A DNA stretch of 60,062 nucleotides from Octopus bimaculoides (taxonomy: Eukaryota): NCBI RefSeq assembly GCF_001194135.2, contig NC_068994.1, positions 14,942,458-15,002,519 of the forward strand, given 5' to 3'. Both the position numbers and the translations under genes were made by a program. Below the pieces are notes generated by a model. That model did not search any database. It was not told the DNA's origin and saw only the letters and a list, made by a program, of their open reading frames with translations. The stretch's first letter is position 1; each line of letters starts with the position of its first letter. Below, one piece after another: positions 26,315 through 40,005 of this stretch.

Positions 26315-26755
26315 GTGAGGTGGCAGAATTATTAGCACGCTGGGCAAATTGCTTAGTGGCATTTCATCCAGCTTTACATTATGAGTTCAAATTCCACCAA
26401 GGTCGACTTTGGCTTTCATCTTTTTTGACTCAATAAAATACCAGTTGAACACTGGGATTGATGTGATCGATGTACCTATTTCCCTGAAATTACTGGTCTT
26501 ATGGCAAAAATTTGAAACCATTGTTAATAGGATGGTGAAGTGGCAGAGTCATTGGGATGTCGGACGAAATGTCTGTTGATATTTTTTCTAGTGCTTTACA
26601 TTCCAAGTTCAACACCCACCAAAGTCAACTTTGCCTTTCGTCTTTCCAGGGTTGATAAAATTAAAAAATACCAGTCAAGTTCTGGAGTCAAAGGCATCAA
26701 CTTAACCCCAACCCCACTTCAAAATTACTGGCCTTGTGCCTAAATCAGAAACAAT
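26315..26755 (+). mobile_element. Two head-to-tail degenerate SINE C-variant copies
   Basis: Both begin aataggatggtga.gtggcaga and end aaatt/tcagaaac.att. Confidence 0.7.
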
Positions 26756-27194
26756 TATTAATCTATGATGGAGTCTTAAAATCTTGTATACAATGTTAGG
26801 TGCGAGCGAAAGATTTAACAGAAGTATCAGGAGATGAATTAAGACATGACACTAGATTTACTTTGGATTAAATTGGTTTTATTTTACAGTTTTTCTTGGC
26901 ATTTAACCAAACAATATGGTCGCGTTTTCTTTTTCTTTCTTTCTATTTTTTTTTACATGGAAAGAACTAATAAGATATAGCATTTCTATCTGACATCTAT
27001 TCCGTAGACAAATAACCACTTTATTGTTATGCTTTGCTCACTTGAGATTATTTAGTTCTTTTGATACCATCTCACTAGAGACTGACTGATCTAGTGATAT
27101 AAACAGCCCCTATTTTAAAGTATTTAAATTCAAAATAAGACCTTCCCCTCATAATTTTATATAAGGACCTTTTGATAAGTGTTATTTATGATAT

Positions 27195-27505
27195 CAACTT
27201 ACTGGCACTCTGTCAGCTACGACAATGAGGGTACCAGTTGATCTAATCAACAGCTTAGCCTTCTTGTGGAATTGACATGCATGCCCATAACGTAGTGTAG
27301 TTCTCGGGGCGATTCGGCATGACACAGAATGTGGCAAAGATGGCTCTTGCAATTACAGGTACAATACATTTTTGCCAGGTGGGTGGACTGGAGCAACATG
27401 AAATAGAGTGCCCTATCCAAAGGACACAATGTACCACCAGGAATTGAACTCATAACCCTATGACTGTGAGCCAAATATCCCTAACCACTAAGCCATGTGC
27501 CTTCA
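27195..27505 (-). mobile_element. SINE family E (B-like head and tail, different centre), diverged
   Basis: Tail resembles family B (ggcactc..tc.g.tacgac); centre tttttgccag.tg.gtggactggagcaac; head ccctaaccactaagccatgtgcc. Confidence 0.7.
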
Positions 27506-27520
27506 TGATATTAACTTAAT

Positions 27521-27673
27521 ATAGGTGCAGGAGTGGCTGTGTGCTTACCAACCACATGGTTCCAGATCTAGTCCCACTGTGTGGCAACTTGGGCAAGTGT
27601 CTTTTACTATAGCCTCAGGCCAACCAAGGCCTTGTGAGTGGATTTGGTAGACGGAAACTGAAAGAAGCCTGTC

Positions 27674-27712
<39 letters not shown>

Positions 27713-27802
27713 TGCATGTATGTATACATATGTTGGTGTGTTTATGTCCCCATAACTTAGCAGTTCAGCAAAAGAGACCGATAGAATAAGTGCTAAGCTT
27801 AC
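27521..27802 (+). mobile_element. SINE family A, running into a gap
   Basis: aggtgcaggagtggctgtgtg... with internal (TA)n. Confidence 0.85.
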
Positions 27803-29416
27803 NNNNNNNNNNNNNNNNNNNNNNNNNNNNNNNNNNNNNNNNNNNNNNNNNNNNNNNNNNNNNNNNNNNNNNNNNNNNNNNNNNNNNNNNNNNNNNNNNN
27901 NNNNNNNNNNNNNNNNNNNNNNNNNNNNNNNNNNNNNNNNNNNNNNNNNNNNNNNNNNNNNNNNNNNNNNNNNNNNNNNNNNNNNNNNNNNNNNNNNNNN
28001 NNNNNNNNNNNNNNNNNNNNNNNNNNNNNNNNNNNNNNNNNNNNNNNNNNNNNNNNNNNNNNNNNNNNNNNNNNNNNNNNNNNNNNNNNNNNNNNNNNNN
28101 NNNNNNNNNNNNNNNNNNNNNNNNNNNNNNNNNNNNNNNNNNNNNNNNNNNNNNNNNNNNNNNNNNNNNNNNNNNNNNNNNNNNNNNNNNNNNNNNNNNN
28201 NNNNNNNNNNNNNNNNNNNNNNNNNNNNNNNNNNNNNNNNNNNNNNNNNNNNNNNNNNNNNNNNNNNNNNNNNNNNNNNNNNNNNNNNNNNNNNNNNNNN
28301 NNNNNNNNNNNNNNNNNNNNNNNNNNNNNNNNNNNNNNNNNNNNNNNNNNNNNNNNNNNNNNNNNNNNNNNNNNNNNNNNNNNNNNNNNNNNNNNNNNNN
28401 NNNNNNNNNNNNNNNNNNNNNNNNNNNNNNNNNNNNNNNNNNNNNNNNNNNNNNNNNNNNNNNNNNNNNNNAGGAGGAGGAGGAGGAGGAGCCTAGAAAT
28501 TCTTGATTATGTTAAAAAATTAATTGAAAAACAAAGAGTATATTTCATGTGAAATACAGTTATGAAAAGGTTAAACTCTGACTATCTCTACCTGACTTTA
28601 AAAAAAACTGTGTAAGTCATTCTTAGTAATATTAGTATGGTGATGATTAAGTCGTCTAAGTAACAGGAAATATTTCTAGCTTTCAAAGATCCACTATTCC
28701 TTTTCATATTTTATGAAGCTGACTTCAATACCGCTGCATTTTAAGCAATTGACTATTTAAATCTACTGTTATGGAACCCCGTCAGGAATGCTGCTTCACT
28801 TCCTCTATTACTACTACCTGCACTTTCAATTCAGTTAATCTCAAAGAGCTTCTGCTCATTTTCTACACATTCTACCCACTCTCCATCTTTCTACTCCATG
28901 AAGAATTCAGCTACTGAAACAATCTTAACTTAACCTTTCTTTCTATAGTAAATTAAGCAGTGAGTTCAGTTCATTTATTTCTTTAAGAAGCTTTTAAATG
29001 ATTTTGCAGAAATTTTAACACCCTTGCATTTCAGATGAATTTCACACAATTAGATGGATTTGCTTTAACGGATCTTGATGGATTATTCAGCCCAGCCAAA
29101 TAAAGTAACAGCCCAGCCTGCCTTCAGGCTTTGTGTTCCGTTAAGAACTTGTATATTAGCATAAATTAGTCACACATCTGTGTACATGTGTCTGATGTGC
29201 ACTAAACGTATATTGAAAGTATTAAAAATATCAATACATGAGAAATAATAACACACATAACTGGGCAAATATTGTAACCTTTATTGTAACTAGAGAAGCG
29301 TTACTAATTGGAGTTCAAAGTTGATCAAAGTACAGGTGAAATGAAAGACTTTGAAAAGTTAAGCAAACCATAGTAGCAAAAATAAATAAATAAATATAAA
29401 TAAATATACAGAATAC

Positions 29417-29804
29417 GTGTTGTTGGCACTCCGTCACTTACGACATCGAGGGTTCCATTTGATCCGATCAACGGAACAGCCTGCTTGTGAAATTAACATG
29501 CAAGTGGCTGAGCATTCCACAGACACATGTACCCTTAACGTAGTTCTCGGGGGAGATTCAGCGTGACACAGTGTGACAAGGCTGGCCCTTTTGAATTACA
29601 GGTACAACAGAAGCAGGAAGAAAGAGTGAGAGAAAGTTGTGGTGAAAGAGTACAGCAGGGTTTGCCACCATCCCCTGCCGGAGCCTCGTGGTGCTTTAGG
29701 TGTTTTCGCTCAATAAACACTCACAATGCCCGGTCTGGGAATTGAAACCGCGATCCTATGACCGCGAGTCCGCTGCCCTAGCCACTGGGCCATTGCGCCT
29801 CCAC
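29417..29804 (-). mobile_element. SINE family B (tRNA-like head gaggcgcaatggcccagtggttagggcagcggactc, tail gacggagtgccaacaaca), full length
   Basis: 9-bp TSD acagaatac at 29408-29416 and 29805-29813; highly similar to 52607-52987. Confidence 0.9.
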
Positions 29805-30879
29805 ACAGAATACATAAATAAACAAATAGGCATTCAATTGATATTATGGGAACAAGACTAGAAATTTGGTGGAAAGGAACAATCGATTCACATTCCGATT
29901 ATTCGACTGGTACTTTATTTTACTGATACCAGAAGTGATGAAAGGTAAGTTGACTTCAGTGGTGTTTGAAGTCAGAATGTAAAGAGCTTGAACAAATACC
30001 ACAAGTCATACTGACCAAAATGCTAATGCTTCTGCCAATCCATGGCCCCTAACAAAGCTAGTAGTTAAGGACATGTAATTCAGCTCATATTTCCTCTCCA
30101 GTTTTAATATAATTTAATATTGTTAATAAATATTTCTGAATAAATAATTACATTTATGTAACATTGAAATTATTTGCCAAATATCAAAAAAAAAGCAGAT
30201 AACATATTGAAATTAGCCAACCAGGACCATTCTCTCACCCACCTCACTCATTCCACAGAAAGGATGAAGAAATAAAAAAGCCATTAACATATTTCAATGA
30301 TTTTTGCTTCCTTCAGCTGTGGCCAGTATGAGATAGAAAATGAAAATAATAAATCTATGTTATTGAAAGTAAAAAATTTACAGTGTTTTTCCAAATGAAA
30401 TTATGTTGAATTCAATACAGCTGTACATGGAACATAAAACCATTAGTGAAGCAGTATCAAAGAATATTATTTGTAGGTTATATAAAGTTCATTAGAATAA
30501 TTTCATAATAAATCAATAGCAACAGATTTGTGCATGGTAGTTAGGGAATTTGGTTGAGCAGAGGATATTATTATGAAAGCACATAAATATGTTCTAATAG
30601 GAACAGCAGCAAAAACAAAAGAATGGAATGGTAGACAATGAAAATACATTTTTGAATTCCATGTTTCATATGGCAATTCTTTTTCAGGAAAAGTTTAACA
30701 AAGGTTTTTGAGTCAATAGAAAACTCTTGAGGAGATTTTGCATTGGAAATAAATGTAAGTACTTTTGTTTTAAAGTGAAGGAAACATATTCAGGAACCAA
30801 CAAATGGAGGTGGTGATCACTGGAAGTTTCATTAGTAAATATATTGATAAAGTATCAATCCTATTAGTTCAATAATCTA

Positions 30880-30938
<59 letters not shown>

Positions 30939-31675
30939 ACTCACTAACACACACAAAGTATGTGACACTGAAATAAATGTAGGTAAACATGAATATACAA
31001 TTATTCTTCATGTAGAACAACAGACAAGCTGCTTATGATATGAGATCTATGAAGAGAAACTATATTCAGACACAACATATATCACATTATTTTCAGTATA
31101 ATCATATTAAAAGACAGTGAGCAATGACTTGAAGTAAGAATTTTGTCTTAAAACTCAAATTGTATTTCAACATTAAATACACAGAGACACAGTGAGTTGA
31201 AATAAACAAAGTATTCTAAAGCTCCTTTTAAATGTTTAAAGTAGAAGTGGAAAAGACATTTTTCAAAGATGTCAAAAAAATAATCTACAAATAGTGCCAT
31301 TTAAATTTTGTTAGTGCAAAAGAATTATATGAACATGAGTTGCTTTAAATTGTTTAGATATAGTTATTTTTTTTTTCAGTGGTCTCAATCTTTGAATTGT
31401 AGCAATGCTGTGGTACCCACCACTTTTGAGCGTTTTCCATTGACCCTAGTATGTTGTCTGATACCTTGTCAGAAATAAAATGCTCAGGAAACATTCACGT
31501 AAAGGGAGTTAATTCAGTCAATCATTAATTCTGTGAGATGTTTTTGTTAAAGTGTATAGTACTCATCTTATGTTGATGCATATACATACACAGACCTCAA
31601 GCAAGCCTCTATATAACTTCAGTCCACCTAATTTCATTCACAAGTTATTGGTCTACTTAAGGCTACAAAGTGATC

Positions 31676-31865
31676 TTAACCCTTTCGCATTCAATCCAGC
31701 CATACCCAGCCAAAATATTCTACCTATTTTATGTTCAATCTAACTAGATCAGGCCTCTTACATTTACCCTACAACGTCATTCTAGAAATAACAATCGCAT
31801 CATCAAAATCTCAAAGCTACAAAACAATGCATGATTAATTCAAAATGATGTGAATAAATAAGGAT
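31676..31865. mobile_element. piggyBac-type MITE, partial
   Basis: ttaaccctttcgcatt start; body similar to 5403-5628. Confidence 0.7.
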
Positions 31866-32203
31866 TACAACTTCTTAACAATACATTTATGCCTGTATGA
31901 ATACATATAAATGCATCATCATCATTTTAATCTCTCTTTTTCCATGGGTTGGATGGAGTTTATCAAGGCAGATTTTCCTCAGCCAGATACCCTCCCTCCC
32001 TATCACCAACCCTCACCTACTCCCAATCAAGGTAATGCTTTGTCATGGCCAGAGATGCTCTGGCGGAATATTGGAAATGAATGATGTTGCTTGTATCATA
32101 CAGACAATCAGTTAAGACTATCACATGATATCAAGACAAGGAGGCCCAAACACATGCATGCATATATATATATAACACAACCCCAACATTTACTGACACA
32201 CAT

Positions 32204-32235
<32 letters not shown>

Positions 32236-33803
32236 GACAGGTTTCTTTCTGAAGTGATAGCATATTGTCAACTTAATGTGACAGTCTCATAAAAGGGGAA
32301 GAATGCTACTGTTATTTAGCCCTAGGAAACACTGGTGTGGCAGACCAGGTGACCTAATTAGTGTTGCTGGTTTAACATCACTTTTAAGCTCCTTGGGTAC
32401 CTTTAGCAGATTTCATTCTGCTACAGAAATCCATGTAGTTTCTTCCTCTCACTTCTGAAAGTGGGGGAATCATACAAACATCAGGGATGTTTGCTTCTAC
32501 CTTCCACTTAAACTATTATAAGACTTATGAATCTATTTTGTCATTTAGAAATACAAGAGTAGGCAATACAATGTACCAGTACCCAGGACTATAAAAGGAG
32601 CTTGACTAGGGACTGAACTCATCCTCTAGTAGTCACAAATCCATTTTCGGCTAACTAATAAGTTGTATAGATGAGTGAATGAAAGTTATATACTATAGTA
32701 GTAGTTGTGTTTTTACAACAATACTTGGTTTCTTTTGTTAGCAGATCAATATTATGTTATATGCTAAAGTAGTAAAAATTGCTGTCAGTTTCACTCACAT
32801 GTTAATTAACGACCAGCAAATCTTATGACAGTGCTATTTTATTCGTTTTTCACAGCTTGTGTTGGTTGTCTGGAATGTGTGTGCATAACAACATGATCGC
32901 AATTTTGTTTCTCGGCACAACCAGTTGAAACATGGCTGTTAAACTTAACTGATTTCAAAAGCATACAACTTAAGATTTTTCTCTATGACAATTGATAAAC
33001 CCTTTTAGATAAAAGGTTATTCATAAAACCATGTTCTTGTGAATACCTGCCAACAATTACTGCTTTCTTAAAGATTGTATTACACATGCCAGATTATTTG
33101 CATCACTAAACTCTTCCTACTATCCCCACCATTTTGTTGTTTCTTTTTTAAATCACAAGCCACTTCAATCCTTTCAAGTTCTGACAGTATCTTTAGTGTT
33201 GTTAATGTTGGTGTTTAGCTCTGTGTTTACTACTTTGAACGAATTGATAGCAGCTATTCTCTCAAGCCATCATCTTTCTCCTTTTCAACTCACGACTATT
33301 TGTTGCTAAGGGATAAACTAGTACAAAGTGGTTTTGAATTACTTTTAGCTGAAAGTTATTGAAAAATGATATAAGTTAACAAAGAAGATGAATGACAGGA
33401 TCTTGAAGGTTAAGATATAGAACTCTAAATGGGCTGTGATTCTATTATCTTGGATACAAATTAAACAAATAGACAAGCAAAAAAATAAATAAATAAATAG
33501 ACGTTCTATAAAACACAAAGAAGTATCTCACAGCAAATAATAACTTCATAATGTCTCAGTTAGTGTAGGTAGTATGAAATTAAAGCTAGTAAAGTGAAGG
33601 CAGTCAATGGAAGAAAGGTTTCTATGATATCTGGCATGAAACTGTACTCACTTTGTAATGTGAAAATTAATGCTTAACTGGATTTGGAAATGTAGATAGG
33701 AGAGAATTAAATGACTGAAATGTAGGAAGAATATCAAATGTAAAAGGTATTGGATGTGATAATTATAATTGATGGAATAATAGCGTGTGTGTGTGTGTGT
33801 ATA

Positions 33804-34064
33804 CGAGGTAGGTCAATAAGTATCCGGACTGTTGCCATAGTAATGAAGCTAAAGCACACAGAATGAAGCTGCTTGGCAAAGACTGACCTTGAACTTTGCT
33901 GTGCATTTGCACTAGGTTTTAACATTGTTGCAGAAAGAGTATGGAGAGGAGTGTATGAGTGTATGAGCCACACACAAGTGTATGAGTGGTTCAGATGTTT
34001 CCAAGATGGCCGAAAAAATGTTGATATTGACAAACATTCTGATAGACCCACAACCAGCAGAAAT
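33804..34064 (+). mobile_element. Mariner 5' fragment (TIR plus HTH-coding remnant)
   Basis: TA then cgaggtaggtcaataagtatccggac; translation MSHTQVYEWFRCFQDGRKNVDIDKHSDRPTTS matches the mariner N-terminal HTH region. Confidence 0.8.
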
Positions 34065-34100
34065 ATATTTGGTAGACTGACACTGAAAGAAGCCCTTTTC

Positions 34101-34101
<1 letters not shown>

Positions 34102-34199
<98 letters not shown>

Positions 34200-34222
34200 T
34201 GTGTGAGAGAGAGAGAGAGAGA
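34102..34222. repeat. (GT)n then (GA)n microsatellite
   Basis: Direct reading. Confidence 0.95.
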
Positions 34223-35934
34223 GTGAGTATGCACACACATGCAAGAATCTGCATCTGAACCAGCTTGTCTTGATACAACATGTTAATTGTAAACAAACAT
34301 CCCCAGCATAATAAGTAATGCTGTTCGCACTGTTCGTTAAAAACGTGCCAAGCCATTGTAATATCATTATTTGAATGGTTAAGGAGAATATCTTGCTTAG
34401 AAACAGGCGAGGGTTGGCAACGGGAAGAGCACCTAGCTGTAGAAAGAACTCAGCCTCAATGAATTTCGCCTGACCCATGCAAGCATCAAAACAATGATGA
34501 TGATGGTGATGATACAATAATACAACACACACACACACACACACAAATACAGACATATACACCAAATATTTTATAATTTCTTTGCTACTACTTTTTTCTT
34601 TCCCAAACAATTCTTGGTTTTGATACTTTATATATAAACTTTGTAGCTGATTGTCTTACCCTGAAGCCCAATCTGAAATTTCTACAAGACAGTATTAAAA
34701 CTGTCCAAGAAAGTCATATATTAACATTAATCGTGTTTGCTGCTTCTTCAAATAAAACACTGTGGCTATGTTCTTTTCATCTCTTCCACACTTAAGTGCA
34801 TCATATCACATAACCAAACGAAGACAATTCTTTAACCTTATTTGATTAATCAGCTTTTGCTTTGTAAATGTTGTGTTGCATATTATCAAGTTAAATGGGG
34901 CTTCAGTAAAATGCACTATTTTCACTTTGCTGTTTATTTTTGTTTACAGAAAAAATAACGATTACAAAAAAAAAATTTTTTTAAAAATTAATAAACAAAT
35001 AGTAATATCGATACATATAAAAAAAAAAAAAGAAATTATGAAAACATTCTACTAAGCTATTTTTAAAAATTGGAATACATTGAAAGAAATATTAAATCAT
35101 GTCCGACATANNNNNNNNNNNNNNNNNNNNNNNNNNNNNNNNNNNNNNNNNNNNNNNNNNNNNNNNNNNNNNNNNNNNNNNNNNNNNNNNNNNNNNNNNN
35201 NNNNNNNNNNNNNNNNNNNNNNNNNNNNNNNNNNNNNNNNNNNNNNNNNGCTAACCCTGCAGTTCTCTCACATCTGCTGAAAAACTGTTTCATGTGACAA
35301 CCCATACAAAATACATTTCATTATATTTATTGTGATTTAGCTACACAAACAGACCACTGGTAAGATTTCATGTTGGCTGCAAAGCTAAATTTAAGTCCAA
35401 GCATGAAAGACTAAACTACACAAAGGAGATTTATTCTCATTTTGAAAGATGACAACAAATTAAAAAAAAAATTAAAAAAACATTTTTTGCTTTTTTTATT
35501 TTAGCAGACAGAAATCTCATGACATAAATTTTGTTTTCTTCTTCAAATTATAAAAAATACAATTTGTAAAAAAAAAAATATATATATAAATAGATAAATG
35601 AAAACTAAAATTTTTAAACAGATAATGAATTTTAAAAAAGTGTTTTTCTATTTTATAAAATAGAAGTTACTTAAAACTTGAAACTAAACAGCCAAAAATT
35701 GACAACAATAAAGAAAAAGATTAAATCTAATATCAAAACAGATGTTACTTTATCATAAAAATGCAATTAATTGCATTACTTAAATCATCATATATCTAAG
35801 TAAATTCAAATACCATATTTGCTGGTGTATAGGGTGCATTCTCACTTAAGATGAACCCCTATTTTTTTGTGGAAAAAGTATATTTTGTAGAAAATTCAGA
35901 TTTACTATGTTTCACCATATACCCAGAATACCAT

Positions 35935-36184
35935 CTATAGGAGCACTCCGTCGGTTACGACGACGAGGGTCCCAGCTGATACGATCAACGGAACAGCTTG
36001 CTCATGAAATTAACGTGCAAGTGACTGAGCAATCCACAGACACGTGTACCCCTAACTTAGTTCTCAGGGAGATTCAGCGTGACACAGTGTGTGACAAGGC
36101 CGGCCCTTTGAAATACACGTACTACTCATTTTTGCCAGCTGAGTGGACTGGAGCAACGTGAAATAAAGTGTCTTGCTCAAGGAC
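35935..36184 (-). mobile_element. SINE family E, 3' part running into a gap
   Basis: Family B tail joined to catttttgccagctgagtggactggagcaac centre. Confidence 0.8.
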
Positions 36185-36869
36185 NNNNNNNNNNNNNNNN
36201 NNNNNNNNNNNNNNNNNNNNNNNNNNNNNNNNNNNNNNNNNNNNNNNNNNNNNNNNNNNNNNNNNNNNNNNNNNNNNNNNNNNNNNNNNNNNNNNNNNNN
36301 NNNNNNNNNNNNNNNNNNNNNNNNNNNNNNNNNNNNNNNNNNNNNNNNNNNNNNNNNNNNNNNNNNNNNNNNNNNNNNNNNNNNNNNNNNNNNNNNNNNN
36401 NNNNNNNNNNNNNNNNNNNNNNNNNNNNNNNNNNNNNNNNNNNNNNNNNNNNNNNNNNNNNNNNNNNNNNNNNNNNNNNNNNNNNNNNNNNNNNNNNNNN
36501 NNNNNNNNNNNNNNNNNNNNNNNNNNNNNNNNNNNNNNNNNNNNNNNNNNNNNNNNNNNNNNNNNNNNNNNNNNNNNNNNNNNNNNNNNNNNNNNNNNNN
36601 NNNNNNNNNNNNNNNNNNNNNNNNNNNNNNNNNNNNNNNNNNNNNNNNNNNNNNNNNNNNNNNNNNNNNNNNNNNNNNNNNNNNNNNNNNNNNNNNNNNN
36701 NNNNNNNNNNNNNNNNNNNNNNNNNNNNNNNNNNNNNNNNNNNNNNNNNNNNNNNNNNNNNNNNNNNNNNNNNNNNNNNNNNNNNNNNNNNNNNNNNNNN
36801 NNNNNNNNNNNNNNNNNNNNNNNNNNNNNNNNNNNNNNNNNNNNNNNNNNNNNNNNNTTTTATTTTTTA

Positions 36870-37390
36870 TTTTGACTTGTTTCAGTCATTGGACTGTAGC
36901 CACACTGGGCATAACCTTTCTTTTATTTAAAGTCTACTACCTATTCTATCAATCTCTTTCTGCTGAACCACTAAGTTACAAGGACATAAACCAAAACACA
37001 CACACACAATGGATTTCTTTCAGTTTCTTATTTCTTCATTGCCCACAAGGGGCTAAACATAGAGGGGACAAGCAAGGACAGACAAAGGGATTAAGTCGAT
37101 TACATCGACCCCAGTGCGTAACTGGTACTTAATTTATCGACCCCGAAAGGATGAAAGGCAAAGTTGAACTCAGAACGTAACGGCAGACGAAATACCGCTA
37201 AGCATTTCGCCCAGCGTGCTAACGATTCTGCCAGCTCGCTGCTTTATTTCTTTCAGTTTCTATCAACCAAATCCACTCACATTGGTCAGCCAGAGGCTTT
37301 AGTAGAAGGCGCTTGCTCAAGGTACCATGCAGTGGGACTGAACCTGGAACCATGTGACCAAGCTTCTTAACCACAAAGCCTTGCCTGCGC
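36870..37390 (-). mobile_element. Diverged SINE A split by a SINE C insertion
   Basis: A tail at about 36870-37028 and A head at about 37246-37390. Confidence 0.75.
37029..37245 (-). mobile_element. SINE family C inserted in SINE A
   Basis: 16-bp TSD atttctttcagtttct at 37013-37028 and 37246-37261. Confidence 0.9.
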
Positions 37391-38478
37391 TTATAACAGA
37401 AAAGTTGTCATTGACCAGTATATTATGTTTGCTTACTCTTCAATATTTTATTTTTTACTTCATTCCATATAAGCATTCACAATTAAGTGAAAATAGCATC
37501 TACTTTCAACAGCAGTAGCAAGTAAATCCATATGACTTGGACAGGGTCACAAAGAAAGAAGAACTATATCAAAATTTGAACTTATGCCCTTGTTGTAAGT
37601 AACTCAGATCTTACTATCTCAAACCCTGTGCCACATATTGAAGTGAAACATATGATAGGAGATTTCTGTAATGTTTCATACTAGTTTACAACAGTGATAT
37701 GTTTTTGAAGACACACACACACACACACACACACTCTCTCTCCCTTTCTCTCTTCTATGTATATTCCCATTCACATCCATACAACTGCATAAATATTGAT
37801 TTCAAATTTTAGCACAAGGCCAGCAAGTTTAGCGGGCGGAGTAAGTACATTGATTACATTGACCCCCGGGGCTCAACTGGTACTTATTTTATTGACCCCC
37901 AAAAGGAGGAAAGGCAAAATTGAACCTGGCAGACTTTGCGCTCAGAATGTGAAGACAGATGAAATGCTGCTAAGCATTTTGCCTGGAGTGCTAACAATTC
38001 TGATAGCTTTCTGCCGTAACAGATTCATAAATATTAAACCTGAAACTAGATGATAGACACATCTGAAGCTGACTTGGTCTATAGAGTGTTATGCCATTGA
38101 AGAAGTCGCAAATAGTGATGGTAGGACTTTAGCAAACATAACTAGTCGGTTGATGTGAAATCAAATGATTAAGCAAACAATCGTTTAGTTAGTTGGTTAA
38201 ATAGCTAACCAATTAACAATTAATAATAATAATAATAATAAAGAAATGAAGTTGAACCAGTGTGTGTTTATCATTGGCGTAATGACCCTCCAAATACACA
38301 ACAAACTCTATAAGATTTTAATAACATATTAGAAGAACCAATCTCTTGAATAGTTACCCTGACTCCATATTAATTCATTTCTCATTTATTGATGTTAAAC
38401 AGAACAAATAACAAAACGGAACAGTACATTTAACTTCATTTACAAAAGCAAATAAAAAAAAAAGAAGAAAAAACTTAC

Positions 38479-38682
38479 TTGTGAAGCATGGTTATAGGCT
38501 TTGATAACAGCAGTGTACCATTGCGTTGTTCCTTCAGCACGATAGACTTCTACTCGGTACCCAACTAAAACTGTTGGAGTTGTCAACAGTATTTTCTGTC
38601 CATCTTGGTAGTCCACCCAGCTTTTAACAGATTCTTTTAAATTTGGGTACTCTGATATTGATGGAAAATTGTCATCTCCTTC
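38479..38682 (-). CDS. KDM3: Internal coding exon of a KDM3/JMJD1C-family JmjC histone demethylase (N-terminal region): EGDDNFPSISEYPNLKESVKSWVDYQDGQKILLTTPTVLVGYRVEVYRAEGTTQWYTAVIKAYNHASQ
   Basis: Acceptor tttttactattgtccttttatag|GAA, donor CAA|gtaagt, 204 nt = 68 open codons. From memory it aligns with human JMJD1C EEVKVWVKEQKVQEIFMQGPYSLNGYRVRVYRQDSATQWFTGII. Not in the ORF track because it has no ATG. Confidence 0.88.
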
Positions 38683-38759
38683 CTATAAAAGGACAATAGT
38701 AAAAAAAAAAAAAGAATGTTATCAGAATAAAATTTTAATTTTATATATACAAAGCTATC

Positions 38760-39170
38760 AGTTTAAGATCTATTTTTTTCTTTCTTTTATCTTTTGTTTC
38801 AGTCATTGGACCCTGGCCATACTGGGGCACCACCTAGAAAGATTTTTTGAATAAACAGAGTGATTCCAGTACATATTTTTCTGAAGTCTGATACTCATTC
38901 TATCAGTCTCTTTACCAAAGTGTTACGTTATAGGGATGTAAACGAACCAACAGAAGTTATCATGTAGGGATGGGAGTGGAACAAATACAGACACAAACAC
39001 ACACACATAAGGGGCTTCCACGGAGTTTCCACCTACCAAATTTACTCACAAGGAATGGTTGGTCAGCCTGGATCTGTGGTAGAAGACTCTTGCCTAAAGT
39101 GCCATGCAATGGGACTGAACCGGAAACTACATGGCTGCAAAGCACACAGCCATATCTACAACTATAGTGG
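38760..39170 (-). mobile_element. SINE family A, old diverged copy
   Basis: tttgtttcagtcattgga... to ...gggactgaaccggaaactacatgg...cacacagccat. Confidence 0.75.
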
Positions 39171-39439
39171 TATTGACTGAAGGGCTTGTTCTATAGCATT
39201 TATCAGTCAACAGATCACAATTGTAAATCATTCCATCTGTTAGGGTCAAACAAAACCATGTATGAATTAACAATAACTAAACAAGTCTTCCTTGATAAAA
39301 CTTAAGTGCAGATACCTTTCACCAATAATCCCCAGCAAAAAGCACCTTTTGAGGGCTGGGCCTCACAGAGGCAATGACAAATGACCGAGACATTTGGCAA
39401 TATGCTGTACTTGAGAAGAAGACCCATCAAGCCAAGTGA

Positions 39440-39675
39440 AATCGTAGTCATGGTAGATACTGGTGTCACACAACTGGCACCTGTACCAGTGGCATGTAAA
39501 AGCACCCATTACATTTTCAGAGTGGTTGGCATTAGGAAGAGCATCCAGCCGTAGAAAACCCATGCCAAATCAGATAGGAGTCTGATGCAGTCCCTCAGCT
39601 TACCAGCCCTGGTCAAACCGACCAACCCATGCCAGCATGGACAATGGATGTTAAATGATGATGATGATGATGATG
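39440..39675 (+). mobile_element. Family D retroposon
   Basis: gtggcatgtaaaagcaccc...ggttggcattaggaagagcatcc...gttaaat(gat)n. Confidence 0.8.
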
Positions 39676-39772
39676 AAGTAGCTTTCCACTCTTCATGCTA
39701 ACTTTCATTTTCCATTACTTTTCCAGGCTAGTACATTCATTGATCTTCCTCATATATATTGGCAAATATATT

Positions 39773-40005
39773 TAATCCTTTAGTATTTAAAACCAGCCAT
39801 ATCCAACCCAAATATTCTACCTCTTCTATGTTCAAGCCCGACCTGATCCAGCTGCTCACATCTCCTACTTTGCAATGTCATTCTAAAAATAAACAATCAC
39901 ATCTTCAAAATCTCAAAACAAGATAATACAGTATTGACTTGAAAAAAATGTGAATAAATAAGCATTACTCAAACAGAGTAATCTGAATACTAAAGGATTA
40001 AACCC
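39773..40005. mobile_element. piggyBac-type MITE
   Basis: ttaatcctttagtattt ... aatactaaaggattaa termini. Confidence 0.75.
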
